Of a stretch of 64,000 nucleotides of DNA, positions 51,135 through 63,640 are shown one piece after another. How positions within the stretch are numbered: position 1 is the first letter of the stretch; each line of letters starts with the position of its first letter. This stretch comes from Vicugna vicugna. Its lineage: Eukaryota. Where the stretch lies: contig MU058451.1 in NCBI GenBank assembly GCA_013265495.1, positions 665,023 to 729,022 on the forward strand, given 5' to 3'. The notes beneath the pieces were generated by a model. That model was not told the DNA's origin and searched no databases. It was given only the letters and a program-made list of their open reading frames with translations. Position numbers and translations under genes: made by a program.

Positions 51135-51305
51135 CCACTGGTTCTCAACTTTTCTTATTAAGAGTTGCCTGAAGGGTGTATTAAGTACAGATCCCTGGGC
51201 TCCACCTGCAGAGACTGTGATTACCTCACTGTAGAGAGGAGCTCAGGAATCTACAAGTGTAACAAGCACCCCAGGGGATTCACATGCAGGTGCTTTGAGC
51301 AACAG
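51135..51305. mobile_element. MER5-type hAT MITE
   Basis: 'cactggttctcaact...cagatccctgggctccacctgcagagactgtgatt...taacaagcaccccagggg...ctttgag'. Confidence 0.7.
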
Positions 51306-51506
51306 GAGAGCTTATCACTTGGCATCACTAGTGTGGAGTTTGAGAAGGTCTGTGACCATTCCCATGTGTAATACTATGAATGTAGCTGTTGGTGAAACTT
51401 TTCCCCTCTGTAATTTTATTCTGCCTAGGGATTGCCTAAAGTTCAGTGAGAACACATGAAAACGAAGAATATTGACAGGTCAGCAGGATTCTGATAGAAC
51501 AGACTA

Positions 51507-52202
51507 TCATAGTCCCCGCTTATCCATGGTTTCACTTCCCATGGTTTCAGCTACCTGTAGCCAACTGTGGTCCAAAAAGATTAAATGGAAAATTCCAGAA
51601 GTAAACAATTCAGAAGTTTCAAATTGTGCACTGTTCTGAGTAGCCTGATGAAATCTCACACCATCCCACTCTGTCCCCCCAGGAACCCCAACTGTTGGCA
51701 GTGTCTGCTCCTGGTCTCCAAACATTGACATCATCCTGGCTCCGTGATCCAGGAGCACCCCAAGCAGCTGATCCTCCTTCTGACTTAGGGTCAGGAGGTC
51801 AATAGTAGCCTAACGCTATGTCACAATGCCTACGTCATTCACCTCATTTCACCTCATCACGTTGGCATTTTTTTCATAGCACATGATCACAAGAAGAGTG
51901 AGTACAGCACAGTAAGATATTTTGAGAGAGAGAAAGGGAAACATACACACAGAGAGAAAGGGAGAGAAGAGAGAGAGAGGAGGAAGACTGCATTCACATA
52001 ACTTTTTTTACAGTATATTGTTATTATTTTTCTATTTTATTAATCATTATTGTTAATCTCTTACTGTGCCTAACTTACAAATTAAACTTTATCATAAATA
52101 TGTATGTGTACGAAAAAATGTAGTATATGTAGGGTTTGGTACTATCCATGGCTTCAGGCATTCACTTGGAACATATCCCTCATTGATAAGGGGGTACTAC
52201 TG
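51507..52202 (+). mobile_element. MER44 (Tigger7-derived) non-autonomous TcMar-Tigger element
   Basis: TIRs 'tagtccccgcttatc' / 'gataagggggtactactg'; internal 'attaaatggaaaattccagaa', 'ggtcaatagtagcctaacgctatgtcacaatgcctacgtcattcacc'. Confidence 0.9.
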
Positions 52203-53496
52203 TGCATTGAATTGGTGTCAGAGTGAGAAACTTATTTTTTTTTTTAAATTTTGAGAATTTCCCCCAAAGATTAGTTTCTCTTTTATCTCATTGTTTGCAA
52301 CTTGCTCTAGCTTATAAATAAATGAGCTAGTTCCTAATCTATTTTTTTCTGTTCCCACCATACCATGAGATCTATGTGTCACTCTTAATTTTAAGTTTTT
52401 ATTATGACCAAAGTCACTGAGCTATTCCAGTGTACTGCTGGCATTTTAGACAGCAAAGATAAAAAAGTAATATAATCATGAGCCTAGAAAAAAGTGAAGT
52501 GCCAGTATCCTACCAAATAGATTAGCAATTATGCTAGCAGAAATAAAGGACAGACATGGCTTCAGGGAGTCCTTTTGATCTGTACTTCATGGTGGAAAAA
52601 AAAACGTAATGTGTTCATACATGATTCTCAGTGACTTCTAGAAACTGCTTTTGTCACTGAAATACAGAGCAACCACAAAGTAACAAGAATCAGACAATTT
52701 TGCTCTTGTAGTAGCTGTTTCATGTCATTTACAAATTCAGGCGATTGAAATTGTCAAAGTAGTTTAGTGACAAAGTGATCAGTTTCAAACTCCAGTGTTC
52801 CTCACTTTTTTAGGAAGTAGCACCATAACCTAACAAAAACATGTTTTTCTGAAAGTAGCCACTGCATTTATTTCCCATTATATATTTTATATAATGTATA
52901 TTTCATTATAGTAGCTTATATTGTTCGTTGCTAATGAGCATTTCCCTTCTTACCAGGACATTGTATCCTTTTCACCAATTAAAAATAATTATTTATTAAA
53001 ACGAACAAAGTTCATTCTCATTCTTTTTCACTAACCCTCCTCCAAGAAGAAAGACATTAGTTTTATTTTTAGTGTCCATTGAATTTAGCGCACAGTTTAT
53101 TCACCTAAAAATTTGTGAGAACATTTCAGATTATTTTGAATTAAATTAGAAATTCTCTATAGACAATTGTTTATTGACTCTAGATAGAGAAAATTGAAAT
53201 GCCTTAATTCACTATAGGAAATTACAGAGACAAAAATATTTATCATTATTAAATGATTTTGAGTCCAGCTCATTCTGTTGACAAAAAAAGAGGATAATAT
53301 AAGTCATCTGGGTTGGGGTGGGGACTAGGCATTCGTATTTTTTAAAACCACGGACATGATTCTGACTCACAGCTATGCAGAGACCCACCATTTAGACAAA
53401 TAGGAGCCATTCGATGAATGAGGCACATTGCGCAAGATGAGGGTTCAGTTAGTGAGGGATACATGAAAAGGCTTGTGCTACAGGGACGCAGTTCTG

Positions 53497-53532
53497 ATTA
53501 AAAGTTGGAAAGTAACTTTTCCAACTTTTAAT
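53497..53532. repeat. Perfect 15-bp inverted repeat with a 6-nt spacer
   Basis: attaaaagttggaaa-gtaact-tttccaacttttaat. Confidence 0.9.
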
Positions 53533-55144
53533 GTTTATTTAAATCAAATTAATTTATTCAAATTTATGTAAATAGTTTATTTAAATTTAAGCTGTAAGGT
53601 ATAGAGTCTTAAAAAAAAAGACTAGATTATACAAAATCCACCCTCCTGCTGTGAGCAGTACACTGTATTCCCGATTTGACAGGCTAAGAAATTGAAAGTA
53701 GGTGTCTTACCCATGATTAGAGAGTAAACTGGAGTCAGGTTCAGGGTTGCACTTTGTGGCCCTAGATACCTTAGTTCCTTGTTGCACTGATAGACCCCTG
53801 TGCCTTCTTTCTGTCCCCTTTTTCTGTTTTTCATGGTTGGGTCTGTCATATGATTAGCCATGCTCTTGTCTGAACCTGCCGTAGGAAGGTAAGTCCTTGG
53901 ACGGTAGAGGCAGTGTTGTGGGTCCTGTGTATCTATCCCAAAGTGCCTGGCCTCCTGCCCACCCATTGCAGACTTACTGTAAGTACATGTGGAGATGGGA
54001 GCCGCCTCTTGGAGGGCTGGGAAGAGGATCAGGAGAAGCAGAGAGATGGGTGATGAGCAGAGACCCTGAAGATGTAGCTCTAGTTCTAGGCCTGCCGCTT
54101 ATTAGCAGGTTGATTTGTGACCCTCCCGAGTCTCAGTTTTCACATCAACAAAATGGGAAAACTCTGTCCCATACTCTTCTCACAAGGTCATCATGTGGGT
54201 CATGTAACATGATAAAAGACCAAACAGTTTGTGGATTAACAGCTACTTAAAAAAATTTTATGCAAGATGACATGGTGACAGTGGAAAGGGCTTGGGATCA
54301 GAAGGTCTAGCTCTGGAACCAGCTTGAGCCCTTACTTATTTTACTTCTATATACATTAATGTTTAATTCTATGACCCTCTATTTCCTCATCTCTAGAATG
54401 GAAGTATTTATACCTGGCATGCCTGCTTGAATGAAATTACTCATTATGTAAAAGTAGAGGTAATCAGCTTGTAACTGCACCAGGCAGAAGGGAAATAACC
54501 CTGAACAAGACAGCTTGACTCCTGTCACGGTGGAGCCTACAGTCTCTTGGAAGAGATGATGGATATAAAACTACTTTGTCAATTGTAAAGAGGTAAGAAA
54601 TGTGTAGTATTATAATTATTGCTAATGTTACAACACAGAAGAAGGGCATTCTAGATAAACTTAAAAAATCAGCCGTTCATCTTGTTCTATGGTTCCAAAT
54701 GTTCCAAATATAGGCAAATGCTCAGCAATTTCTGAACTGGTTTTCAGAAACTACATGAGATCTGCTTCAAAAAGTTGAATTTATTTGGGTTTCCATATTT
54801 AATTATTAAATATATGTGTGAAAATACATAGCAGAATGTTTCAAATGTTTACAAAAAAGTAGATATGATGACACCAAATCAGATTCTCTAAGTGTGTGAT
54901 TGAATGCTGGGTATCAGGACGGTCTAAGAGAAATTCCACTACCGTTTTCAGGCTGCTGCAATACCATAAGGAATTCCTTGTCATTTTAGTAAGTGTGGCT
55001 AATTCCATCATGTCCTGATAGGCTGTGTCGAGGGTCATAATGCTCTCCTAGTGGCACGGAGAGTATGGCTGATGTTAGTTTACCTACAATAATAAAGACT
55101 ACGAGGAATAGCCCACCATATCTGCTAAGAGTTTGTTTTAAACA

Positions 55145-55360
55145 ATTTTTTAAAGTGAAATGTAATTGATTTACAAGATTATATTAGTTTCAGGTATACA
55201 ACATAGTGATTCGCTATTTCTATAGCTTATACTCTATATAAAGTTATTATAAAATGTTGGCTATATTCCCTGTGCTGTACATTACATCCTTGAACTCATT
55301 TATTTTATACCTAGTAGTTTATACCCCTTAATCCCCTTCACTGATCTTGCCCCCCACTCC
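55145..55360 (-). mobile_element. 5'-truncated L1 3' end (cetartiodactyl/laurasiatherian type)
   Basis: 'atattagtttcaggtatacaacatagtgattc...ttggctatattccctgtgctgtacattacatcc'. Confidence 0.85.
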
Positions 55361-56573
55361 TTTAAGTGATTTTCATTTAATATGATGTTTAAAATAAGGG
55401 CTAAAGTTGAGGTAGCTTTTTGGCTTTTTCAAAAATAATTCAAGTTGCATTTATATTAGTTTTCTTTTCAGTGTGTTCTGGGTGACAGCATACAAAATTA
55501 GCTTTCTAATTCTGTTTCTTATATATTTGAGTGGATTTATACAAAAGGGTCTAAAATAAAAAGGAAGGCCTTTGCATTCAATGGGCATCTTCTGTTTTAT
55601 ATAGTCCTTCTTTTAATTGTTTCTTATTGATACTACTATAAGATATTAATATAACTGCAAAAAAAAACACCCAAAAACCAACCCCATACTTGCCTTTATA
55701 TGTGCAATTGGATGCATCTTCATAACCATTGAAAGTATTAGTAAATTGAAAATACTGAAACTCATGCTGTAGGAAATACCGGCATGGAAATAGAAACTAG
55801 AGGAAAGCCTTGGTAAGCTGTCTGGTTTGACTGCCGTATCACTCAGATAGATGCCTTTTCACGTGGAAACTTCATAGCATTTGGTAAATGACTCTCCTCC
55901 CCCATGGGCAGCAGGAGGCGAACTCTCCAGTTAGGACTGTGTTAGGCCGTCAAAAGAGGAGGGTCTAGTTGGGTGGCGGTCTCCCCTTGGCACTGATTTA
56001 AGCCAGGAGGGGATGACATTTGGCATCCATGTGCTGTGCTCAGCAATGGACTTCAAAGCAAATCCTTACAACAATTTTCAGGTTAGTGAGGACATCACAC
56101 TCAAGTCCTGTCTGGTGCTTGGGAAAGTGTTGCTGTGTTTTGAGTGCAGTCTCTTTCACTCAAGCTTACTTTTGGGCCATTAGGGGAATCGATGCTCAGA
56201 AACTCTAAAACTCCTGGTGCTGTTTTCCTGCTGGCTTTAGAAGTCGTTGGCCTGATGCTCTCGTGTGTAACATAAAGGTCTTGCAGCAAGGAAGCTTCAA
56301 AGGCAAATGCTCACAGAGAAATCAAGAGGGAAAAAAGTCTCCTGAGCCAGGGAACAATTCTTCAACAATTCCTCCTTTAACTGTAATGGTGATACATGTT
56401 GTTTCACCAACTGGGGCAGAGTTAGAGAATGAGAGAGTAGTATTTTTCTGGCTAATAGATTCAGTATTTTTCTTTTTCAACCCAAAGCTTACTTCCTGGT
56501 CACCTTTCCACAAGCTCTCTGGTAAACTAATGGATCTAAGACCTAACTAATTCCTGCCAATGTTCCGCCAGGG

Positions 56574-57409
56574 TAATCTCTGAGCCCTGAGCCTGTCCTG
56601 CTGCTCCGAGAGGCAGGTGACCAGTGGGCCTCAGTATCCCAGATAGTAAGGACAAAGAAGTTGGCCACACACAGCTGCTTTTTTGTGTTAGGCCGTCGGC
56701 CCCCGGCATCCTTCTCTATCCCCAGCACCTGGAATGATGTGGAGGTTGTATTAGAAAGTTGACGCATATTGGTTCAGTGAATGAATACAGATGTCTCCCC
56801 TGTCCAAACTGAAGATGTAGCCAAAGAGGACAAAGTTATCAACTTTACCAACAATGGATGTTTTGCATTTCTGAGAACCGTAGTTCATGAAGCCTCTGAC
56901 CTTCCCAAGAATATCTTCAGAGGTATTTCTTTGGATATAAGACTTGTAAACAGATAATAACGTTACAAACCTTATGGCAACTCAGAGAAGAAAGCATGAG
57001 CTACGTATGGAGGAGAAGATATTTAACCATGATGTTGAAGTATGCCTGCTTTACCAGAGGAGGTGAGGAAGGGCATCCTGAAAAGAAAGGACAATACATT
57101 GCAAAGGAAACAAGGCATAACTGACATGGCCCTTGGGGGAGGGGCAGGGGCAGGGAAGGGTGGGTGGGAAATCAGGCCAGTTATGTTGGCTGGGGTCATC
57201 CTGAGAGGAACCATGCTATCAAACATGAATTTCTTTTAGGTTCTAAGAAGGAAGCAGTAGAAGAGTTGTTGGCCACATGGTGATAGAATCGGATACTGAA
57301 GGATTTCTGGATAATCTCTGAGCACTGAGGCTGTCCTGCCACTCTGAGAGGCAGGTGAGTGGGTTTCAGTATCCCAATTAATAAGGACAAATAACCTGGC
57401 CACAGACAG
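56574..57409. repeat. Dispersed ~100-bp direct repeat (56574-56674 and 57312-57409)
   Basis: taatctctgagc(c/a)ctgag(c/g)ctgtcctgc...gagaggcaggtga...tcagtatccca...taaggacaaa...tggccaca(c/g)acag in both copies. Confidence 0.88.
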
Positions 57410-57494
57410 GGAATTTATTAGCAGCTTATTTGCCATCATAGAGAGTGTGTGACATAAAGGACACACGGTCATTGTTTTAATAATGTGTGAGGCG

Positions 57495-57948
57495 TTGTTT
57501 GGTTTGGGGCATGAAGATGACTAAAATGGAAAGACAAATGATTGTAAATGAAGACAGAGGTGCTGCCATTGAGAGGCTTACAGTGTAGCTGGGAGAGGTG
57601 CTGGGAAGCAGTACCTTACCAGACGCTGGTAGATATCAGTGCAATTGTAATGGGAGAGTCTCATTTCGTGCAGTCCCTTTCCTTAATAGGGAGTAGGTGG
57701 CTAGTTCCAAGCTGCCACAGAAGAATTGTTTGGTTTGGGGCATGAAGATGACTAAAATGGAAAGACAAATGATTGTAAATGAAGACAGAGGTGCTGCCAT
57801 TGTAGTGTAGTTGGGAGAGGTACTGGGAAGCAGTTCCTTACCAGATGCTGGTAGAAATCAGTGCAATTGTAACGGGAGAATCTCATTTTCGTATTGTCCC
57901 TTTCCTTAATAGGGAGTAGGTGGCTAGTTCTAAAGCTGCCACAGAAGA
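57495..57948. repeat. Tandem duplication, two ~225-bp copies (57495-57724 and 57726-57948)
   Basis: Both copies start ttgtttggtttggggcatgaagatgactaaaatggaaagac and end gctgccacagaaga. Confidence 0.97.
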
Positions 57949-60900
57949 TGTCCCAGCTTGAATGCACAAGCAGTTGTGAAACTTGATCCAAGTAAGTTGG
58001 CAAGGAAATGGAGGCTGCATTTAGCAAAATCCAGGCAGACCCTAGGACTCTGGCTGGGGCAGGCGGGTGGTAAATGCTCACTGAGTGTGGGAAGAATTGT
58101 GTCTGTTGTGGGAAAATCTCTGAGCTGGAATTACTGAGGTCTGGATTCTTAATCCTGTGGTGTTGGAAAATTCATTTAATTTTTCTGGGCCTCGGTTTCC
58201 TCATCTGTGAAACAAAAGAACTGAACGAGATGCTTTCTAAAGTGAATGTTATAGTTTATGATTTCATGAACTGCAGGGAAAATTCTTACCTACACCTGGC
58301 ATTGGAAAATATGGGGAGTTTTCAAATAAACAAGTGGGGATACTTGGCTTTCAACTGAGCATAAACATCAAGGCATATTCTGTACATTTTATTAGAGAAA
58401 AAGAATCAAGATGAGAAGGAAGAGATTCTCCCTCAGTGCATCTAGGAGCTGTGTCAGCCCCCAGCAGGGTCTGAGGTCAGAAGGCCAGTCCTGTCCAGTC
58501 CTGTCCTCATGTCCAGGAGGGTATTTTCTCCATGCAAATGCCAAGATGGCACTCTTGCTAACCTGTGGGTGAAAAGCTATCTGTTTTGGATCTTTACATT
58601 TAAGTTTTTATTCAGACACATTCCACAAGGGGAAGGTTGCTCATAAGAAGGGACTTTGCTGAGAGTCTAGTGAGTTTGGGATGACACATCTTGGGGGTTA
58701 TTAGTTGCATGATTTGACCTGAAATGAGCAGTCCAATTTAGTCAGATAAAAGCATGGAATGGATATGTTCTCTTTGATATGAGAGTTTTCAGGACTCTTT
58801 AGCCCAAATAATTAACATAAAGGCAAGAAATAGTGAGTGAAGAGTTAAATGACTGAGGATAGTTACTGCAAACTGGAGAGATTGGAGACTGACATATATG
58901 AGGGATGCCCAGAACCTGAGCCCTTAGCGGGAAAGTGAGGGTGGGGGAAGAGAACTGTGGTACTGGGTATTGGGCTGGTGGTTGGAGATGTCAGTGAGAA
59001 AATCCCACCCAAAAAAGTGAATTTCTTTCTTGGATATGCCTCCAATCAGAGTATATATGTGATGTGAGAAGTAAAAGAAACAACCAATCAGGGAAATCAG
59101 ACTAAGTCAATCAGGTTATTTTCCAGGAACTCAAACCAATCCATTCGGCATCTAGCTCTGTCATAAGAAAGTGTTTGATCTACTTCCCTGTATCTTGAAG
59201 GTTTTTGGACTGGAAAACGGACTTAGGATTAAAAAAAAAATGGAAGAGGCCATTGTTGTGGGCCCTAAACGCTACAGAGTACATTTGCTTCCACGTGGGT
59301 TAACTCATCTTTGGTCTTTTTAATAAAGCAGTGGAGTTTGGGAGACTTAGATGCTAAGCAGGGTCTCCTGGGACCCCGATTAAATGAATAGTGAGTCATA
59401 CTGGTGATAATAGATCGGAGACAAGTGGATGTAGGATTCCAAAAACTTGGTTGTGGAGCCTGTAATAATGGCTCTGTTCATGGACTGTTATTAGAAGTTT
59501 TGATGTCTTCAGGTTCCCTGTTAATACCAGACAGGCTTTATCCTGAGAGTCCTGCCTGAATGGAACCTCCTTCTCACCTTGGCATCCAATTTATAGCAAC
59601 CAGTTCTTTCCAAATGTCTGTGACGATCTATACCGTAGCTGTTGGGTCATATAACTCCCATAATGTGGAACTGGAGGAGACGTGTGGAAGAGGCTGTACT
59701 GTTCACATGGCCCAAGAATAATGTCCACTCGGGAAAATGGGAAGAAATGCAACTTATGGGTTTACTTACTTGCTTCAAGTAACTTTTAGGTGATTCAGCA
59801 TCGAGAGGGTTATGATCTGTAGTATGAGGAGCTTGCTGGGCTGCTGTGAATCCTTAACCATCTCTTTTGGGGAACTCTATCTGTGGGTCATTCATAAAGT
59901 CAGAATGAAAAGAATTAAAAAATGGAAACTCCTAAACAATAACAAGCAAAGTAAATGAAAAACTTAGTCAGAATTGTAACAAAGTCTTTATTTTAAAAGC
60001 TAGAATGAACATAAATAGTATAAGAAAACTAATAGAGGAGTAAAAATATGTCGGGTTAAGGAAAGCCAGAATACAGTGTTGACAGCAAAACAAAGAGGTG
60101 AGAAAACTAAACCAGAGAATTGGGAAAATAACAAACCAAAGTCTACACTGTTAAAAAGGATTAAAGTAGCCAACCTAATAGGAAATTCAGAATATTCTGC
60201 CAGGAGAATAGTTTGGAATCGTATACAACTACATGTGGTATGTGATTATCTTTGGGTGAATGGGAGTATGATTTAAAAAAAAATTCATTTTGCTTGTTTG
60301 TAATATGTGATTTCTCTGAAATTATCCTGCATTGTATATGCAATTAAAATTATAAGGAAAACCGCTGATGAAAGACATGAAATTAAAATAAGCAGACAAA
60401 ATTTAGAAACAAAAAAGCATTAAATTAGACTAAATGGCAAAAGCAGGAAGACAAAGAAAGCAGGGAATAATGAATATTCCATGAAACTGTAGAAACCAGA
60501 AATTAAAAGATTAAGAGAATAAAAAATGTACTACAAGAATGTTAATATTTATAAAATTTGAAAGACTATGGGATTTTTGAAAAGGAGAAAATGAAAAAGC
60601 CTAAAGAGTTGTTGGGTTCAATGCTCTTTTTCGGGGGCTGAGCTGGGGCACCCCCTCAGCTTGAGGTTCCCACCCACATCCTCCGAGAGGAGGTCCCAGG
60701 GCAGAGAGCAAATCTAGCCTCTCCAGCTCTCCTTACATTGAGGGTCCTGGCTTCTGTGACTCTCTCAAAGTATCCAGCAAATAGTGCGACAGAATCAAAT
60801 TCCCCTTGCTCCATACACCAGCGACAGAGCCGTCAGCAGTGCAGGCACCCTCAGTTTCTGAAAATGCCTGGAGCGTGGCAGCTGCGCATTGCCGCCATTC

Positions 60901-61275
60901 TTCATTGTCTGGGTGGTTTCGTCCCTGCGCTGAGCGGCTGCTGCAGCGTTTGGAGGCCGGCGCTGAACTTCACGCATCCCAAGAGAGGAAGGAAAGGAGG
61001 AACGAGAGAACGAATGTGGTCTGGGCATCTCCTCCGGGTCAGGTGTTGTCCTGGGAATGTCACTCCTATGCTCCTTCTTTTGGTCTTTCCTGTATCTTAT
61101 AAAGTAAATATTTTAATGCCAGTTTTGCAGATGTTGAATCCGAGGCATAGAGTTCATGTCATTAGCTCAAGGTTACATCCAGTAGCAGAAGTCTAGTTCT
61201 AAAAGCCTAGAGAGAGGGCTCCTTTCTAGAGGAAGAAGTAAGCCTGTGAGGATGGAGGCTTCCCAATGAAACCAG

Positions 61276-61325
61276 GTCAGGGCACAGGGTGTCAGGGCAC
61301 AGGGTGTCAGGGCACAGGGTGTCAG
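61276..61325. repeat. Minisatellite, 15-bp unit gtcagggcacagggt x3.3, perfect
   Basis: Direct reading. Confidence 0.95.
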
Positions 61326-61471
61326 AACACATCTTCCTGGTAGTCCTGGTTAGTGTGAGGGAGAGGTTGAGAGGGTCCAAACATCTCAGCTCTTCTGCCG
61401 GAGAGGAGGTAGGCCTCCAGCCATGGGAAAGTAGCAGATAGACTAGAAGTCAGGCTGGCAGAGGCCCTTAC

Positions 61472-61650
61472 AGAGTGGCCACCAGACCATGGGTAGCCAC
61501 TGGCATCACCTGTGAGCTTGTCAGAAATGCAGTCTCAGGCCGCACTCTGACCTGTTGAACTGGGGACTGCTGAATCTGGGCATGGACATAGGAAACTGAC
61601 CAAGCTCTTCAGGTGATTTCTAAACACAATAAAGTGTGAGAACCTCTGCT
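61472..61650. mobile_element. MER5A hAT-Charlie MITE
   Basis: 'ggcatcacctgtgagcttgtcagaaatgcagtctcaggcc...caggtgatttctaaacacaataaagtgtgagaacctctg'. Confidence 0.8.
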
Positions 61651-62389
61651 GTAAGCAAGGAGTTTGGTGTGGGATTTGGAGGCAGGGTGAGGAAGCTGAG
61701 ATGCTGGGGGAGAGGATGATGAGTGGATGAGGGCTCTGAGCTAGTCTACAATATGAGGTATGGGGCTTGATGGGAAGGATAAGAAAAAGTAGGCACCGAG
61801 ATGATGGGGCCAGACGTGGCAGTGGGAAATGGCCTCCGTTTCCAACAGCTGAGTGTTGCCAGCAATCCCTTTCCTTTCCCTGAGCCTCACTTCTTTAGGA
61901 TCAGGTGATGGAGGGGCTGTTGTCACTTATCTCACGGGCTTGCTTTAAGGCTGCAAACAAATTAATATAAGTGTGTGTCCTTGACATATAGTCAGTGCTC
62001 AAGAAGTAGTGTTCGAGTTTGGATTTAAATGGGGAGCTGAGTGGGTGGGGTGGAAGAGTGACGGGGGAGAGCAGTGTCCTTTACCCTCTTGGTGACTTTG
62101 GCCCACTCAGGCAACTCCTGTGGTTGAAATGTTCCACTCCCATCTCCAGGCAGCCTGCAGTTACTTGGAAAAGTAAATCCTCAACTTGGACTTACTGAAA
62201 CAATGAAACAAATATTTTGCCTATCTTCTGTTAAGGCAAAAGCTGACTACATCCCATGAAAGATAAGAGGGATAGGTTTTTTCCAAGTTATAAATTTTGT
62301 GTTGTGTGGAGAGTGAAGAAAGAGGTTGATTCACGCCACCCGAGGCGTGGGGGAGCACGTGGCATGAAAGAACATGTCATGTGCTCGGA

Positions 62390-62580
62390 GGGAAAAGACC
62401 CGGATATGAATCGACCCTGGTCTGTGACTTCCTAGCTGGGTAACCTTAGCAAATTATTTAATCTTTCTGAATTGTAGGTTCTTCATTTCCAAAAGGACAA
62501 TATTGTGAGGAGTGGAGAACAATGAAGGTGGACGCACTCCTCAGGGTGCCGGGCCCATGACAACTGGTAGGAAATGTTCT
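62390..62580 (+). mobile_element. MIR SINE
   Basis: 'acttcctagctgggtaaccttagcaaattatttaatctttctga...ttcttcatt'. Confidence 0.7.
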
Positions 62581-62959
62581 CCGAATCTCAGTTCTGTCCC
62601 TGGCCTTTGCCCTGAGTGAAGCAGGGGAAGCTCTCCCACCGCTGCACCTGAGCGAGTCCTCCTCCGCAAGGTTTGTTAACGGCCCTTTGAAGACTCCGTG
62701 TCTTTAATGACCCCTTCTGTGTTTACCTGACACAGCTCTTTCCCCTGCGCATACTTCGCATTCCCCAGTCTTCACTGGGCTGGGGAGAATGTTTGGCAAG
62801 CCCAGCCTTCTCTAAGTAACAGAGGACGTTTCGGCCCTGTCTCTTCTTGTGTCTGCGCTCCCGAGTCAGGGCAACCCCTCCCCTTTCTGACTGTCTTGTG
62901 TTTGGAGTTGGGAGTGGGGTCTCTTTCTGGTCAAGGAGAATGAGACTAAGACAAGAAGC

Positions 62960-63640
62960 AGTGGGGAAACGGCATCATTTCATGACACTGATTTTATCAT
63001 AAGGCCAGGAGGACTGACGGGGGGAGGGGGAGCGTTTTTCGTTTCTGTAATCGTCTCCTCCAGAGGGATAGCAGCAGCGAAAGGAAAATCAAACAGTCTG
63101 CTCCCTTGCCCTGGGCTCCATAATTTGCCTTTTACTTTCTGCATTTTCATATTTGAGTCTGCAAAACAGAGGACCCAAACAATCAGCAACAGATGGCCTT
63201 GTGCAATCTGCACGGGACATGAATTCAGTTAGCATGCAAATTGTCATCCTAGGGCGATTCCAGGGGACTGCTGAAAAGACAGCAGGCTTGCTTTGCAAAA
63301 TAGATAGCATGATTAAAATGTCTGGATCCAATCATATGTTTAATTACAATCCCTTTTTTATCTCAACGACAATGACTGGTAGCTATTATGACACAATATT
63401 GAAAATGTGTATGACGCATGGTGGCACTTGGAAGCTGATAGGTGGTCTGTGTTTGATCAAAATGATCAAAGCTCCTCGCCATGGAGGCCCCCTCTCCTTC
63501 TCTCCCGTCTGATCCACTTAGACGAGCAAAATATGATTTACAGGAGACAGTTTATGTGATTTTCATTCCCCAAGAACAGAGGCATAATTTTTACATCACC
63601 ATTTCCCCTAGAAACAATGGGAGCTTGACAATGCTCATCA
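62960..63640. promoter_or_regulatory. Candidate enhancer-like unique sequence (SOX/POU/bHLH/TCF motif cluster)
   Basis: No repeat recognised; AACAAT 63178, CAGATGG 63190, ATGCAAAT 63234, GATCAAAG 63464, AACAATGG 63613. Confidence 0.3.

Noticed and set aside
53800..53895. Exon ending at consensus donor AAG|gtaagt (~53888)
   Set aside because: The upstream polypyrimidine tract ends in 'catg' rather than 'cag'; no convincing acceptor.
7126..59398. About a dozen scattered AP-1 (TGA[C/G]TCA) motifs
   Set aside because: The number is close to chance expectation for a 7-mer in 64 kb and they are not clustered.
59895..60600. A-rich purine-biased tract, possibly an ancient + strand L1/HAL1
   Set aside because: Too decayed to assign by eye; needs RepeatMasker.
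60738..61196. 152-aa ORF in the CpG-rich patch
   Set aside because: Non-ATG start, C-terminus runs into a MIR, and no homology recognised.
61276..61325. CRISPR-like array
   Set aside because: Head-to-tail 15-bp minisatellite without spacers, in mammalian DNA.
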